From the NCBI GenBank assembly GCA_049322255.1, contig JBMORE010000035.1:1-31752 (forward strand): a stretch of DNA of 31,752 nt. The letters are read 5' to 3'. Numbering within the stretch: position 1 is the first letter of the stretch; every line of letters starts with the position of its first letter. Positions 17,457-25,541 of the stretch are shown here, one piece after another. Origin of the DNA: Myxococcota bacterium (GTDB lineage: Bacteria; Myxococcota; Myxococcia; Myxococcales; Myxococcaceae). The translations under genes were made by a program, and so were the position numbers. The notes beneath the pieces were generated by a model, which was not told the DNA's origin, did not search any database, and worked only from the letters and a program-made list of their open reading frames with translations.

Positions 17457-18140
17457 GTGCCGGCCCTTCGAGAGCAACGCGCCTACGCGCGCGTGGCCTT
17501 TCCCTGCCAGGTCGTGCTCTGGGTCGGCAACGTCAGCCACGACGTCGTGGCCCGAGACTTGAGCCGGGGGGGCGCCTTCCTCTACTGCCCGCTCCACGCA
17601 GCAGAGCTGGGGGAGCGCGTCGTCGCTCGGCTTCACGACCCCTGCTCGGGTACCGCCTTCGGGCTACCAGGGAAAGTGGTGCGCGTCGACACCGAAGCCG
17701 GTCCGCACAACGGCGGGCAGCACGGGCTGGCCATACAATGGCTCACCCAGCTGATGAGCGAAGAAGACGTCTCCCAGCTGGACAGGCTGCTGGAGTGTCT
17801 GTTGGCCCAGGAGGGCGGCGCGCGGCGTGCCCATGCGCGACTGTCGGTGCGCCTGGCCGTCGTCTATCGAACCGACGCGGAGACGAGCGCGGTCTTGCGG
17901 GACATCAGCCGCGGAGGCTGTTCCATCGAGGTGGATTCCGCGCTGCCCAAAGACACCCGGGTCGAGGTCCGGGTGACGGCGCCGCCCGCGCTGGGCGTGA
18001 CCCTCACCGGAAGGATACGGTACTGCCGCGCTTTGAATGACGGGAGGTGGCAAGCCGGGGTGAAGCTCGACGAGCTGCCCCTCCAGGTCCAACAAACCAT
18101 CGCCACACTTTTGAAAAAGCTCGTGGGGACTCCTGGTTGA
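17457..18140 (+). CDS. Tandem PilZ-domain protein (predicted c-di-GMP receptor).
   Basis: Two copies of the PilZ signature: RxxxR followed by DxSxGG (REQRAYAR ... DLSRGGAF; RRAHARL ... DISRGGCSI). GTG start. No other domains. Confidence 0.8.
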   Translation: MPALREQRAYARVAFPCQVVLWVGNVSHDVVARDLSRGGAFLYCPLHAAELGERVVARLHDPCSGTAFGLPGKVVRVDTEAGPHNGGQHGLAIQWLTQLMSEEDVSQLDRLLECLLAQEGGARRAHARLSVRLAVVYRTDAETSAVLRDISRGGCSIEVDSALPKDTRVEVRVTAPPALGVTLTGRIRYCRALNDGRWQAGVKLDELPLQVQQTIATLLKKLVGTPG

Positions 18141-18171
18141 GGAGGACGTTTTCCTTTTTCCCCGGCCCGCG

Positions 18172-20091
18172 GTGTCAATGTTCCTGATGACGTCCTCCCT
18201 CCTTCGAACCGCTCTTTGCATCGCTCTGGTGCTGCCCGCCACCGCCGCCGCGCAGCCTGTTCTTTTGGAGCTCACCTTCGATGACGGCCCGGACGGCTCG
18301 GGCCCAGCGGAGGGACGCGCCGACCTCAACAACCTCGAGGGGAGATCGCCGCTGAGCGCGGTGCTGCGCGGGGCGGCGCACCGGAGCAGAATCGACGAGG
18401 GTCGCTACGGGCGAGCGGCTGTCTTCGGGGGTGGCGCGGACCACATCGAGCTGGTCAGCTCCGCTCCCCTCTCGGCGCCCTACTTGAACCTACTGATGTG
18501 GCTGCGGCCGGACGCGGCGGAAGGACATCTCTTGGGCCAGGCAGGCAGCTGGAGCATCGGTCTGTCCGCGGGGGAGCTGGTGTTCAACGTCGTCGGTGGG
18601 GACGCGGGGGTGACGATGATTCCTTTCGGGGTGTCTGTCCCGATGGATGGAGCGTTCCATCACCTCGAGGTGCAAATCGACCCTGCCGGCCAGCAAGCCT
18701 CGGCGCTGCTCGGCTTCAACCCTCAAGACCGACGCACGGTCGCCCTCGCGTCACTGCCTCCCCAGTCGACACAACCGCTTCGAATCGGCGTCGACTATCG
18801 CGGACGCATCGATGAGCTCCTCCTGTCGAGGCAGCCCGCCGCGCCGGCTGAAACCGCGTTCAATCGCGACCCGCAAGCGTGCGCCTCCGGGGTGGTCTGC
18901 CGCGAGGACGTCATCCAGCTCCTTCCGGTCCCCGTCGACGCCACCTCGGGGCGCTATACCTGGCCAGTCCCCGTGCGCCTCAAGACCGGATACGACCCGG
19001 CCCAGTGCACACCGTCCACCCCGTGCCCGCTCCTCGTCACCATCAGCGGCGGTTTTACCTGCGCCGACGACTACGACGGGCCGGGCGCTTTTGGCACCTT
19101 CGCACGCGCAGGAGCGGTGGTGGTCACCATCGACCCCTATTGCGAGGCAGATGGTTTTTACGCCCCCATCTGGGAGCCGGCGCAGTACATCGCCGTGAAG
19201 AACTGGGTGCTCGCGTCGAGCCCTTTGCGCGATCGAATCACTCCCGGTGACTACTTCGCGTCGGGCTGCAGTCACGGAGCCGGCACCACGCTCGCCTGGG
19301 CGCTCAAGGAAACAGACCACCCCGCGAGGACTTTCTCGCGGAGCCCGAGCGTGGAGGTTCACTGCGCCTACCACGGCGTCGAGATGTGCACTGAGTACAA
19401 GACCGCCATTGACCAAGTCATCGCTTCGTACCTTGGCCAGAGCACGGTCGCTCCTCATGACGACTCGAACCCGGCGGTTCAGACGTTTTGGGGGTTGAAC
19501 GCCATCGACTACCCGTCTCTGGTAAACACCCGCGAGGTGGCAATCTCCTGGGGTGCAGACCTCACGCCCAGCACTCCCATCTGCAGCGCCAACGGAACGG
19601 CGCAGTGCTTCGAAGAAGGCGCGGGAACTGCGCCGGGAGCGCGCGCCTTTCGTGACCGCTGGCGCTCGCTCGAAGACCCCAACCGACCGACCGGCTATTT
19701 CGTCGAAGACCACGAGAGCGACTGCCGTCATTGCGCATCCCCCAACGGGCAGGTCTTCGCTTGTGGCGCATGCTTTCTCCTCCGCGGCCGTGCGGGAATG
19801 CAGTCGGCCTGTCCAAGCTGCCTCCAGCTGAGCGAGGGCGCGGCGTCCACCTGCGTTGATCCGTTCGTCCAAGACGCGGGGACGGCAGATGCGGGGCACG
19901 ACGACGCAGGAATTGCCGACGCCGGCACTTCTGCCGCGGCAGATGCCGACGCAGGAGTGCCCGACGAGGACACCCCCCGGCCCGGTTGTGGTTGCCAAGC
20001 ATCGGGAGCCGCATCGGCGGGGACGCTGGCGTTCTTGCTCCTGACGCTCCTTGCGATGGCCGTCGCGTTGCGCACCCAAAATCGCCTCTGA
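18172..20091 (+). CDS. Secreted protein with a possible N-terminal lectin/LamG-like domain, a Cys-rich region and a MYXO-CTERM-type C-terminal sorting tail.
   Basis: Signal peptide MSMFLMTSSLLRTALCIALVLPATAAA|QP. The C-terminus PGCGCQASGAASAGTLAFLLLTLLAMAVALRTQNRL has GCGC, a TM helix and a basic end. The low-complexity D/A-rich linker before the tail is typical of such proteins. Confidence 0.7.
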   Translation: MSMFLMTSSLLRTALCIALVLPATAAAQPVLLELTFDDGPDGSGPAEGRADLNNLEGRSPLSAVLRGAAHRSRIDEGRYGRAAVFGGGADHIELVSSAPLSAPYLNLLMWLRPDAAEGHLLGQAGSWSIGLSAGELVFNVVGGDAGVTMIPFGVSVPMDGAFHHLEVQIDPAGQQASALLGFNPQDRRTVALASLPPQSTQPLRIGVDYRGRIDELLLSRQPAAPAETAFNRDPQACASGVVCREDVIQLLPVPVDATSGRYTWPVPVRLKTGYDPAQCTPSTPCPLLVTISGGFTCADDYDGPGAFGTFARAGAVVVTIDPYCEADGFYAPIWEPAQYIAVKNWVLASSPLRDRITPGDYFASGCSHGAGTTLAWALKETDHPARTFSRSPSVEVHCAYHGVEMCTEYKTAIDQVIASYLGQSTVAPHDDSNPAVQTFWGLNAIDYPSLVNTREVAISWGADLTPSTPICSANGTAQCFEEGAGTAPGARAFRDRWRSLEDPNRPTGYFVEDHESDCRHCASPNGQVFACGACFLLRGRAGMQSACPSCLQLSEGAASTCVDPFVQDAGTADAGHDDAGIADAGTSAAADADAGVPDEDTPRPGCGCQASGAASAGTLAFLLLTLLAMAVALRTQNRL

Positions 20092-20117
20092 CGACAGGGT
20101 GAGGCGCTCCCTCAGGG

Positions 20118-20600
20118 TTGGACTCGCGGCGTCGCTCGCCCTGCACGGCATCGCTTGGCGTGGTTGTACCTTTTCGAGCTGCCCGCTTCGCCGCCGCCGG
20201 CGCCTCCCGAAGCCCGCCGTTGACGGTGGAAATCGTCTCAGCGCTGGGTACCGGCCGGAGCGGGCTTCTTCGACGAACCCACCGGCGAAGTGCTGGTGGT
20301 GAACCTGACCGACCCGAAATTCTCCTGCACGGTGAAGCTTTTGCGCGTGTACTGAAAGTCCCCCACTGGGAGGGCTGCCCCCTTCGTTGGGGCAGCAATG
20401 AGCTTCACTTTGTCTTGCCCGAGGCATACCAGCCCCAGAACCGGCGCCAGCGGTTCCTGGGCGAGCTGCCGCATCAGTGGGCCGAGATCTATGGGCACTG
20501 CACCTGCGGCGCCTGGGTGGAACGTTGGATCCAGTTCACCGATGGGCTCGCCGTCGAAGTACGTCTGGAGTCGCCGCGCGAACCTGGCAAAGAGGGGTGA
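20118..20600 (+). CDS. Questionable small ORF (160 aa). Only the C-terminal half looks protein-like. It competes with an antisense GTG-initiated 86-aa ORF at 20238..20498.
   Basis: The N-terminal half is an Arg-rich, noise-like translation and the plausible half contains no in-frame ATG. Third-codon-position GC content is about 75% in both competing frames. Confidence 0.2.
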   Translation: MDSRRRSPCTASLGVVVPFRAARFAAAGASRSPPLTVEIVSALGTGRSGLLRRTHRRSAGGEPDRPEILLHGEAFARVLKVPHWEGCPLRWGSNELHFVLPEAYQPQNRRQRFLGELPHQWAEIYGHCTCGAWVERWIQFTDGLAVEVRLESPREPGKEG

Positions 20601-20603
20601 GCT

Positions 20604-23600
20604 TCAATCTGCGCGGAAGAGCTCTTCCACGTCCGCCTCCGAGAGCGTCTTGCCCAGGTCGCTGTCTGCACCGAGCACGCCCTTGGCCAGCTCGCGCTTG
20701 CGCTGCTGCAGAGCGAGAATCTTCTCTTCCACCGTGCCCTTGGTGATGAGCTTGTAGCTGATCACCGCCTTGGTCTGTCCGATGCGGTGGGTGCGGTCGG
20801 TGGCCTGGTCCTCCACCGCCGGGTTCCACCAGGGGTCGTAGTGAATGACGTAGTCCGCCGCGGTGAGGTTCAAGCCGGTGCCTCCGGCTTTCAGGCTGAT
20901 GAAGAACACCGGCGGGCCCGAGGGGTCGTTGAACGCGTCGACCCGCGCCATGCGGTCTTTGGTGCGGCCGTCCAGATAGAGGTAGCCGACCTTCGCCTCG
21001 TCCGCCTGCGTCTTGAGCAGCTCGAGCATCTCGGTGAACTGGCTGAACACCAGGGCGCGGTGCCCTTCGCCCACCAGCTCGTTCACCAGCGCGCCGAAGC
21101 GCTCCAGCTTCGCCGACGGCGGCAAGAGCGTGCCCGGGGGCAACTTGAGCAGCCGGGGGTCGCAGCACACCTGGCGCAGCCGCATCAGCGCGGCGAGGAT
21201 GGACACCCGCGACCGCCCGAAGCCCACTTTGTCGATCGACTCGTAGACCTTGCGGCGGCTCTCCTCCAGCACCTCGCGGTAGAGCGCCGCCTGGCCGCCG
21301 TCCATCTCGCACCAGGCCACCGTCTCGGTCTTGGGAGGCAGGTCTTTTGCCACCTCGGTCTTGAGCCGCCGCAAGACGAACGGGTGAATGCGCCTTCGCA
21401 GCCGCTCGCGCACCGCCAGGTCGCCCACCACCTGAATGGGCTGCTCGTAGCGATCGTGGAAGGTGTCTGCCCCGCCCAAGAAGCCGGGCATCAAGAAGTC
21501 GAAGATGCTCCACAGCTCGGAGAGCCGGTTTTCCAGCGGGGTGCCGGTGAGCGCCAGCCGCTGCTCGCACGGTATCGCCTTGCACGCCTGCGCGGTGGCC
21601 GAGTCGGCGTTCTTGATGTTCTGCGCCTCGTCGAGCACCACGTAGCGAAAACCCACCTGGGAGAGCTCCTGCACGTCGCGCCGCACCAACGCGTAGGAGG
21701 TGAGCACCAGGTCGGCGTCCTTGAGCTGGTCGCTGCGCTCGCGCCGGCCTTGCCCGTGCCACACCACCGCGCGCAGCTTTGGGGTGAAGCGCTCGACCTC
21801 GCGTTCCCAGTTGACCAGCACCGAGGTGGGCGCCACCACCAGCGACGCTTTCTGCCCCTCCTCGTTCTTCACTTTCTGCAAAAGCGCCAGCGCCTGCACC
21901 GTCTTCCCCAGCCCCATGTCGTCGGCGAGGATGCCGGAGAGCCCGTGGCGGTGAAGGAACCACAGCCAGGCCAGCCCGGCCTCCTGGTAGTGGCGCAAGG
22001 TGGCAGTCAAGTGAGCCGGCGGCTTCACCGAAGGAATGCCGTCAATCTCCCGTAAGGCAGCGATGGCCTTTCTCGCCTTGGCCTCGATCTCCGCCTCTCC
22101 CAAGGAGGCGAGCAAATCGAGCGCGGGCGCCTGGTAGAGCGGCAGCCGGGTGTGCTTCACCCCGGCGAGCGCCCCCGCCTCCTCGAGCAGATCGGCCGCG
22201 CGGCGGATTTCGTCCACGTCGGCCTCGGCGAAGCTGCCGTCCTCGAGCGGCACGTAGCGGCGCCCCGAGTCGAGCCACATGCGCACCGCCCCCAAGTCGA
22301 CCGATTGGTCATCGGAGACGAAGTCGGCGTCGAGCGAAAACCAATTCACCCCGCTCATTCCCACCCGGATACGCGGCTTCATTCTCGGTCGAACGCGCAC
22401 GGTGGGGCTCTTGACGCCGAAGAGCTCCCACTCGGGCGGCAGCTCCTTTCGGCCCTTCGTCCAAAAGTCGATCGCCGCGTCGCCGACGACCTCGTATACC
22501 TGCCCGGTGGCATCGTGGCGGAACCCCAGCTCCAAGAGCCGTTTGGCGGCCGCGCGCTCCAGCTCTTGCTGCCGGCGGTAGAGCTTCTTGCCTCCCTCGC
22601 CTGCTCCCGTGGCGTACCCCAGCGGACCTGTGCCTGGAGACACCGGCACCGTCGAGTGACCGTAGCGCGCAGCGAGCACCGCCTTGATGCGTTCGGCTCC
22701 ACCTTCCAGCGTCAGCAAAAAACACGGGGCCACGTCCTCCTCGACGTCGAGCCCGTCGGCCTTCAAGGACATCTGAAAGCGCGGCAGGTGCGCGGCGAAG
22801 AAGGTGAGCACCCGGTCGACCTGCGAGGCGGGAAAGGACATCGAAGGCTCGAGCACCCATTTGCGCGCCAGCCGGGGAGGCAGCTCCGGCTCGACCCGGA
22901 ACAGCGTCTGTCCGTGAATGACCCAGGTGCGGCGGCCCGCCAAGAGCAACGCGTCTTTGAGCCCCACCGAAAGGCCTTCGGGCAAGAGCAGGTCGATGTG
23001 GGCCTGGGCGCCGTCGGGTCGGGACTGGAGGTGGACCTGCGGCCGCGCCGGCTCTGTGGAGAATCGAAGCGGAGTGCCACGGTAAACGACACGCCGGTGC
23101 CGGAGCAGCTCGACCAGCTCGGCCAAATCGTCGTCGGAGAGCACGATGCGCCCATCGAACCGGCTTTCGTAGCGGGCGAGCTCGAGAAACAGCCGCTCGT
23201 CGGCCAGCGCGATGCGCGCGCCCGAAGAGAGGAGCCGCTTGACGTGCACCGGCCCCTTGGCCTGCGCATCGGAGCGACGCACGTCCAGCACCCAGTGACG
23301 CGCGCCTCCCCCGGGGCGCACCGCGGTGAGGCGGTAGAAGAACTCGAGGTCGGGCAAGGACGACAACCCCAGCCAGCTCTCCAGCTTGGCCAGCGCGGGC
23401 AACGCCACCGCCTCGGAGGCTGGGCCACCTCCGTCCGCCTGCCGCACCCGGGCGAGATAAACCAGGGCGGTCGCCACCACGTGCTTGCAGTGGGGGCCGT
23501 ACTTGTTCCAGGCCTCGCACGTGCACCGCGACCGCACGGTTCCGTCCCCGGGCGGCGCCAGCTCGACCTCGTAGCGCTCGCCCGTCGAGCCGGTCACCTG

Positions 23601-23810
23601 AGCGGTGACCCTGCCGGCGTCTTTCGACACCAGCGCCACCCGCCGCCCTTCGGCGTAGTCTCGCCCCTTCTTGAAGGTGACGGGAGCCACCTCGGCCTTG
23701 AGGGCACGAAACCACTGGCCTTGGTCGACGGGCGTCGTTTCTGTCGAAGAAGTAGCCACAGATGAGGAAAACGCCCCGCGGCGGCGGGGGAATCCGCACC
23801 CATAGCACAA
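20604..23810 (-). CDS. SNF2-family helicase with an N-terminal SWIM zinc finger (RapA/YwqA-like).
   Basis: SWIM motif CTCEAWNKYGPHCKHV. SNF2_N motifs ILADDMGLGKT and DEAQNIKN. Helicase_C motifs (..GGTGLNLTAADYVIHYDPWWNP..). The ATG at 23810 has a GAGG 8 nt upstream, and only 3 nt separate it from the upstream gene's stop. Confidence 0.85.
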   Translation of the reverse strand: MCYGCGFPRRRGAFSSSVATSSTETTPVDQGQWFRALKAEVAPVTFKKGRDYAEGRRVALVSKDAGRVTAQVTGSTGERYEVELAPPGDGTVRSRCTCEAWNKYGPHCKHVVATALVYLARVRQADGGGPASEAVALPALAKLESWLGLSSLPDLEFFYRLTAVRPGGGARHWVLDVRRSDAQAKGPVHVKRLLSSGARIALADERLFLELARYESRFDGRIVLSDDDLAELVELLRHRRVVYRGTPLRFSTEPARPQVHLQSRPDGAQAHIDLLLPEGLSVGLKDALLLAGRRTWVIHGQTLFRVEPELPPRLARKWVLEPSMSFPASQVDRVLTFFAAHLPRFQMSLKADGLDVEEDVAPCFLLTLEGGAERIKAVLAARYGHSTVPVSPGTGPLGYATGAGEGGKKLYRRQQELERAAAKRLLELGFRHDATGQVYEVVGDAAIDFWTKGRKELPPEWELFGVKSPTVRVRPRMKPRIRVGMSGVNWFSLDADFVSDDQSVDLGAVRMWLDSGRRYVPLEDGSFAEADVDEIRRAADLLEEAGALAGVKHTRLPLYQAPALDLLASLGEAEIEAKARKAIAALREIDGIPSVKPPAHLTATLRHYQEAGLAWLWFLHRHGLSGILADDMGLGKTVQALALLQKVKNEEGQKASLVVAPTSVLVNWEREVERFTPKLRAVVWHGQGRRERSDQLKDADLVLTSYALVRRDVQELSQVGFRYVVLDEAQNIKNADSATAQACKAIPCEQRLALTGTPLENRLSELWSIFDFLMPGFLGGADTFHDRYEQPIQVVGDLAVRERLRRRIHPFVLRRLKTEVAKDLPPKTETVAWCEMDGGQAALYREVLEESRRKVYESIDKVGFGRSRVSILAALMRLRQVCCDPRLLKLPPGTLLPPSAKLERFGALVNELVGEGHRALVFSQFTEMLELLKTQADEAKVGYLYLDGRTKDRMARVDAFNDPSGPPVFFISLKAGGTGLNLTAADYVIHYDPWWNPAVEDQATDRTHRIGQTKAVISYKLITKGTVEEKILALQQRKRELAKGVLGADSDLGKTLSEADVEELFRAD

Positions 23811-23813
23811 CCC

Positions 23814-24803
23814 TCATCCCAGCGCGCGTTCGAAGGCGCGGCGCAGGAAAACCGGCAGCACCCGCCGGCGCCAGGCCGGGTCGACGTTGATGTTGGTCAG
23901 CGGGTGGCACTGCTTGTAGGCAAGTTGCCCCAGCTCGGCGATGACGGCGTCACCGAGCACCCGCCCACGAAATGCTTCGAGGCGCTTGAAAAGGTGAGGT
24001 CGCGCTCCCAGCGCCGAAACCGCCACCCGCACCCATTCGATGACCCCGCTCTCGTCGAGCTGGGCCGCCACCGCCACGCACAGCGCGGGGTAGTCGATGG
24101 CCGCCCGAATGCGCAGCTTCTCGTAGCCCATCACCACCCTCGCCGCGGGCAGCGGCACGCGCGCCTCCACCACCAGCTCGTCCGGCCGCATCGCGAGATT
24201 CACGATGCCGTCGGGAACGTAAAGCTCGGAAACGGGCACCTCCCGCACGCCATTGGCCCCCGCCAGCCGCACCGTGGCGCCGAGGGTCATCAGCACCGGC
24301 GCGGTGTCATTGGAGGCGGCGGCGACGCACTTTTGCCCGCCCTTCACCACGTGACAGACGGTGCCGTCCTTCTTGAGGCAGAAACCCAGCGCTTTGCGCC
24401 AGAAGTAGGTCTGGTTGTAGTAGACGCACCGGGTGTCGAGGCAGAGATTGCCACCCAGGGTGCCCATCTCGCGCAGCTGGGGCCCGGCGATGGCTTTCGC
24501 CGCACGTGCCAGGCTGGGGAGCTTGGCCCGCACCGTCTCGTTCCGGCCTAGGTCGGCGATGGTGAGCATCGCTCCCAGCCGTAAGGCGCCTCCCTCTTCT
24601 TTCACATAGGAAAGATCGCGAATGCCTTTCAGCCCCACCACGTGCGGAGGGGTGAAGAGCCGATGCTTCATGTTGGGGACGAGGTCGGTGCCGCCGGCGA
24701 GGACCTTCACCTGCCCTTGGTGCTGGACGAGCAAGCGCACGGCCTCGTCCACCGAGGTGGGAGCGTGGTACTGGAACGGCGGCAGGGTGAGCATCGGCGG
24801 CAA
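23814..24803 (-). CDS. FAD-binding subunit of a molybdenum hydroxylase of the xanthine dehydrogenase/CO dehydrogenase family (CoxM/XdhB-like).
   Basis: FAD-binding pattern ...VLAGGTDLVPNMK...GTLGGNLC.... The CO-dehydrogenase-flavoprotein C-terminal region is present. Length 329 aa. Confidence 0.8.
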   Translation of the reverse strand: MPPMLTLPPFQYHAPTSVDEAVRLLVQHQGQVKVLAGGTDLVPNMKHRLFTPPHVVGLKGIRDLSYVKEEGGALRLGAMLTIADLGRNETVRAKLPSLARAAKAIAGPQLREMGTLGGNLCLDTRCVYYNQTYFWRKALGFCLKKDGTVCHVVKGGQKCVAAASNDTAPVLMTLGATVRLAGANGVREVPVSELYVPDGIVNLAMRPDELVVEARVPLPAARVVMGYEKLRIRAAIDYPALCVAVAAQLDESGVIEWVRVAVSALGARPHLFKRLEAFRGRVLGDAVIAELGQLAYKQCHPLTNINVDPAWRRRVLPVFLRRAFERALG

Positions 24804-24914
24804 GCACTATCGACCCCGCCGCCGCGGGTCAACGGCAGCGCTCGCCAGGCCAGGGTAGTTCCAAGATTTGGCAAAACGGTCCGCACCAGCGGCCGACCGT
24901 ACGAGGCCTCGACT

Positions 24915-25541
24915 GTGTCCCGCTTCTCGGCGTTTCTCGAGCGACAGAACAAGGTGGCGATCGCCAGCGCCGCCACCCTCGTGCACGGGCTGCTCTACCT
25001 CTTGCCCAACCACCTGCGCCTGGTGTCCGCCTCCGAGCTCCCCCTCACCACGCTCGATCGCTGGATTCCGTTCGTGCCCCAGACGGCGTGGATCTACTGG
25101 AGCGACTACTTCCTCATCTTCGTCGCCTTCAGCCTTTGCCGCTCGCCCGGCTCCACCGCCCGCTTCGTGTACGCGCTGTTCACCGTCATCGCCATCGGCA
25201 CCGGGGTGCACTGGCTGTGGCCCGTCGAGTTTCCGCGTCACCTCTACCCGCTCCCCCTCACGGTGGATGCGCTCACCGCGCCAGCGCTGTCCCTCTTCCG
25301 CCAGCTGGATTCGCCGGGAAGCTGCGTGCCCAGCCTTCACGTCGCGGCGTCGTTCATCGCCGCCTTCGCCGCCAGGAGCGAGAACGCCCGCGCGGGTCTG
25401 GCGCTCACGGCGTGGGCCGCGCTCATCGCCCTCTCCACCCTCACCCTCAAGCAGCACTACGTCATCGACGTGGTGACCGGGGTGGCGCTGGCGGCGGTGG
25501 TGCGCTGGGGGTTCTACCGCCCGCGTCAGGGCACTCGGTAG
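24915..25541 (+). CDS. PAP2-superfamily (acid phosphatase / lipid phosphatase-like) integral membrane protein.
   Basis: GTG at 24915 with a GAGG 7 nt upstream. PAP2 signature pieces PSLH and KQHYVIDVVTG. About 6 hydrophobic helices. The ORF-track extension back to 24642 is noise. Confidence 0.6.
   Translation: MSRFSAFLERQNKVAIASAATLVHGLLYLLPNHLRLVSASELPLTTLDRWIPFVPQTAWIYWSDYFLIFVAFSLCRSPGSTARFVYALFTVIAIGTGVHWLWPVEFPRHLYPLPLTVDALTAPALSLFRQLDSPGSCVPSLHVAASFIAAFAARSENARAGLALTAWAALIALSTLTLKQHYVIDVVTGVALAAVVRWGFYRPRQGTR

Noticed and set aside
17441-17458. TGGCAG-N8-GC motif resembling a sigma-54 -24/-12 element.
   Set aside because: It overlaps the GTG start of the PilZ gene itself, so it cannot be that gene's promoter, and nothing downstream on that strand would need it.
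19081-19100. TTGGCAC-N5-CACGC motif resembling a sigma-54 -24 box.
   Set aside because: It lies deep inside the coding sequence of the secreted protein, has no proper -12 TGC, and there is no downstream gene start.
11864-20600. tRNA-Leu as the attachment site of a genomic island carrying the protease/FG-GAP/PilZ block.
   Set aside because: No integrase, no visible direct repeat of the tRNA 3' end, and the downstream block has the same high GC and MYXO-CTERM biology as the host. The SDR relic suggests rearrangement but not tRNA-targeted integration.
24857-24873. TTGGCA...GC sigma-54-like motif in the coxM/PAP2 divergent region.
   Set aside because: The GG-to-GC spacing is off by one from the strict sigma-54 requirement. 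Weak.
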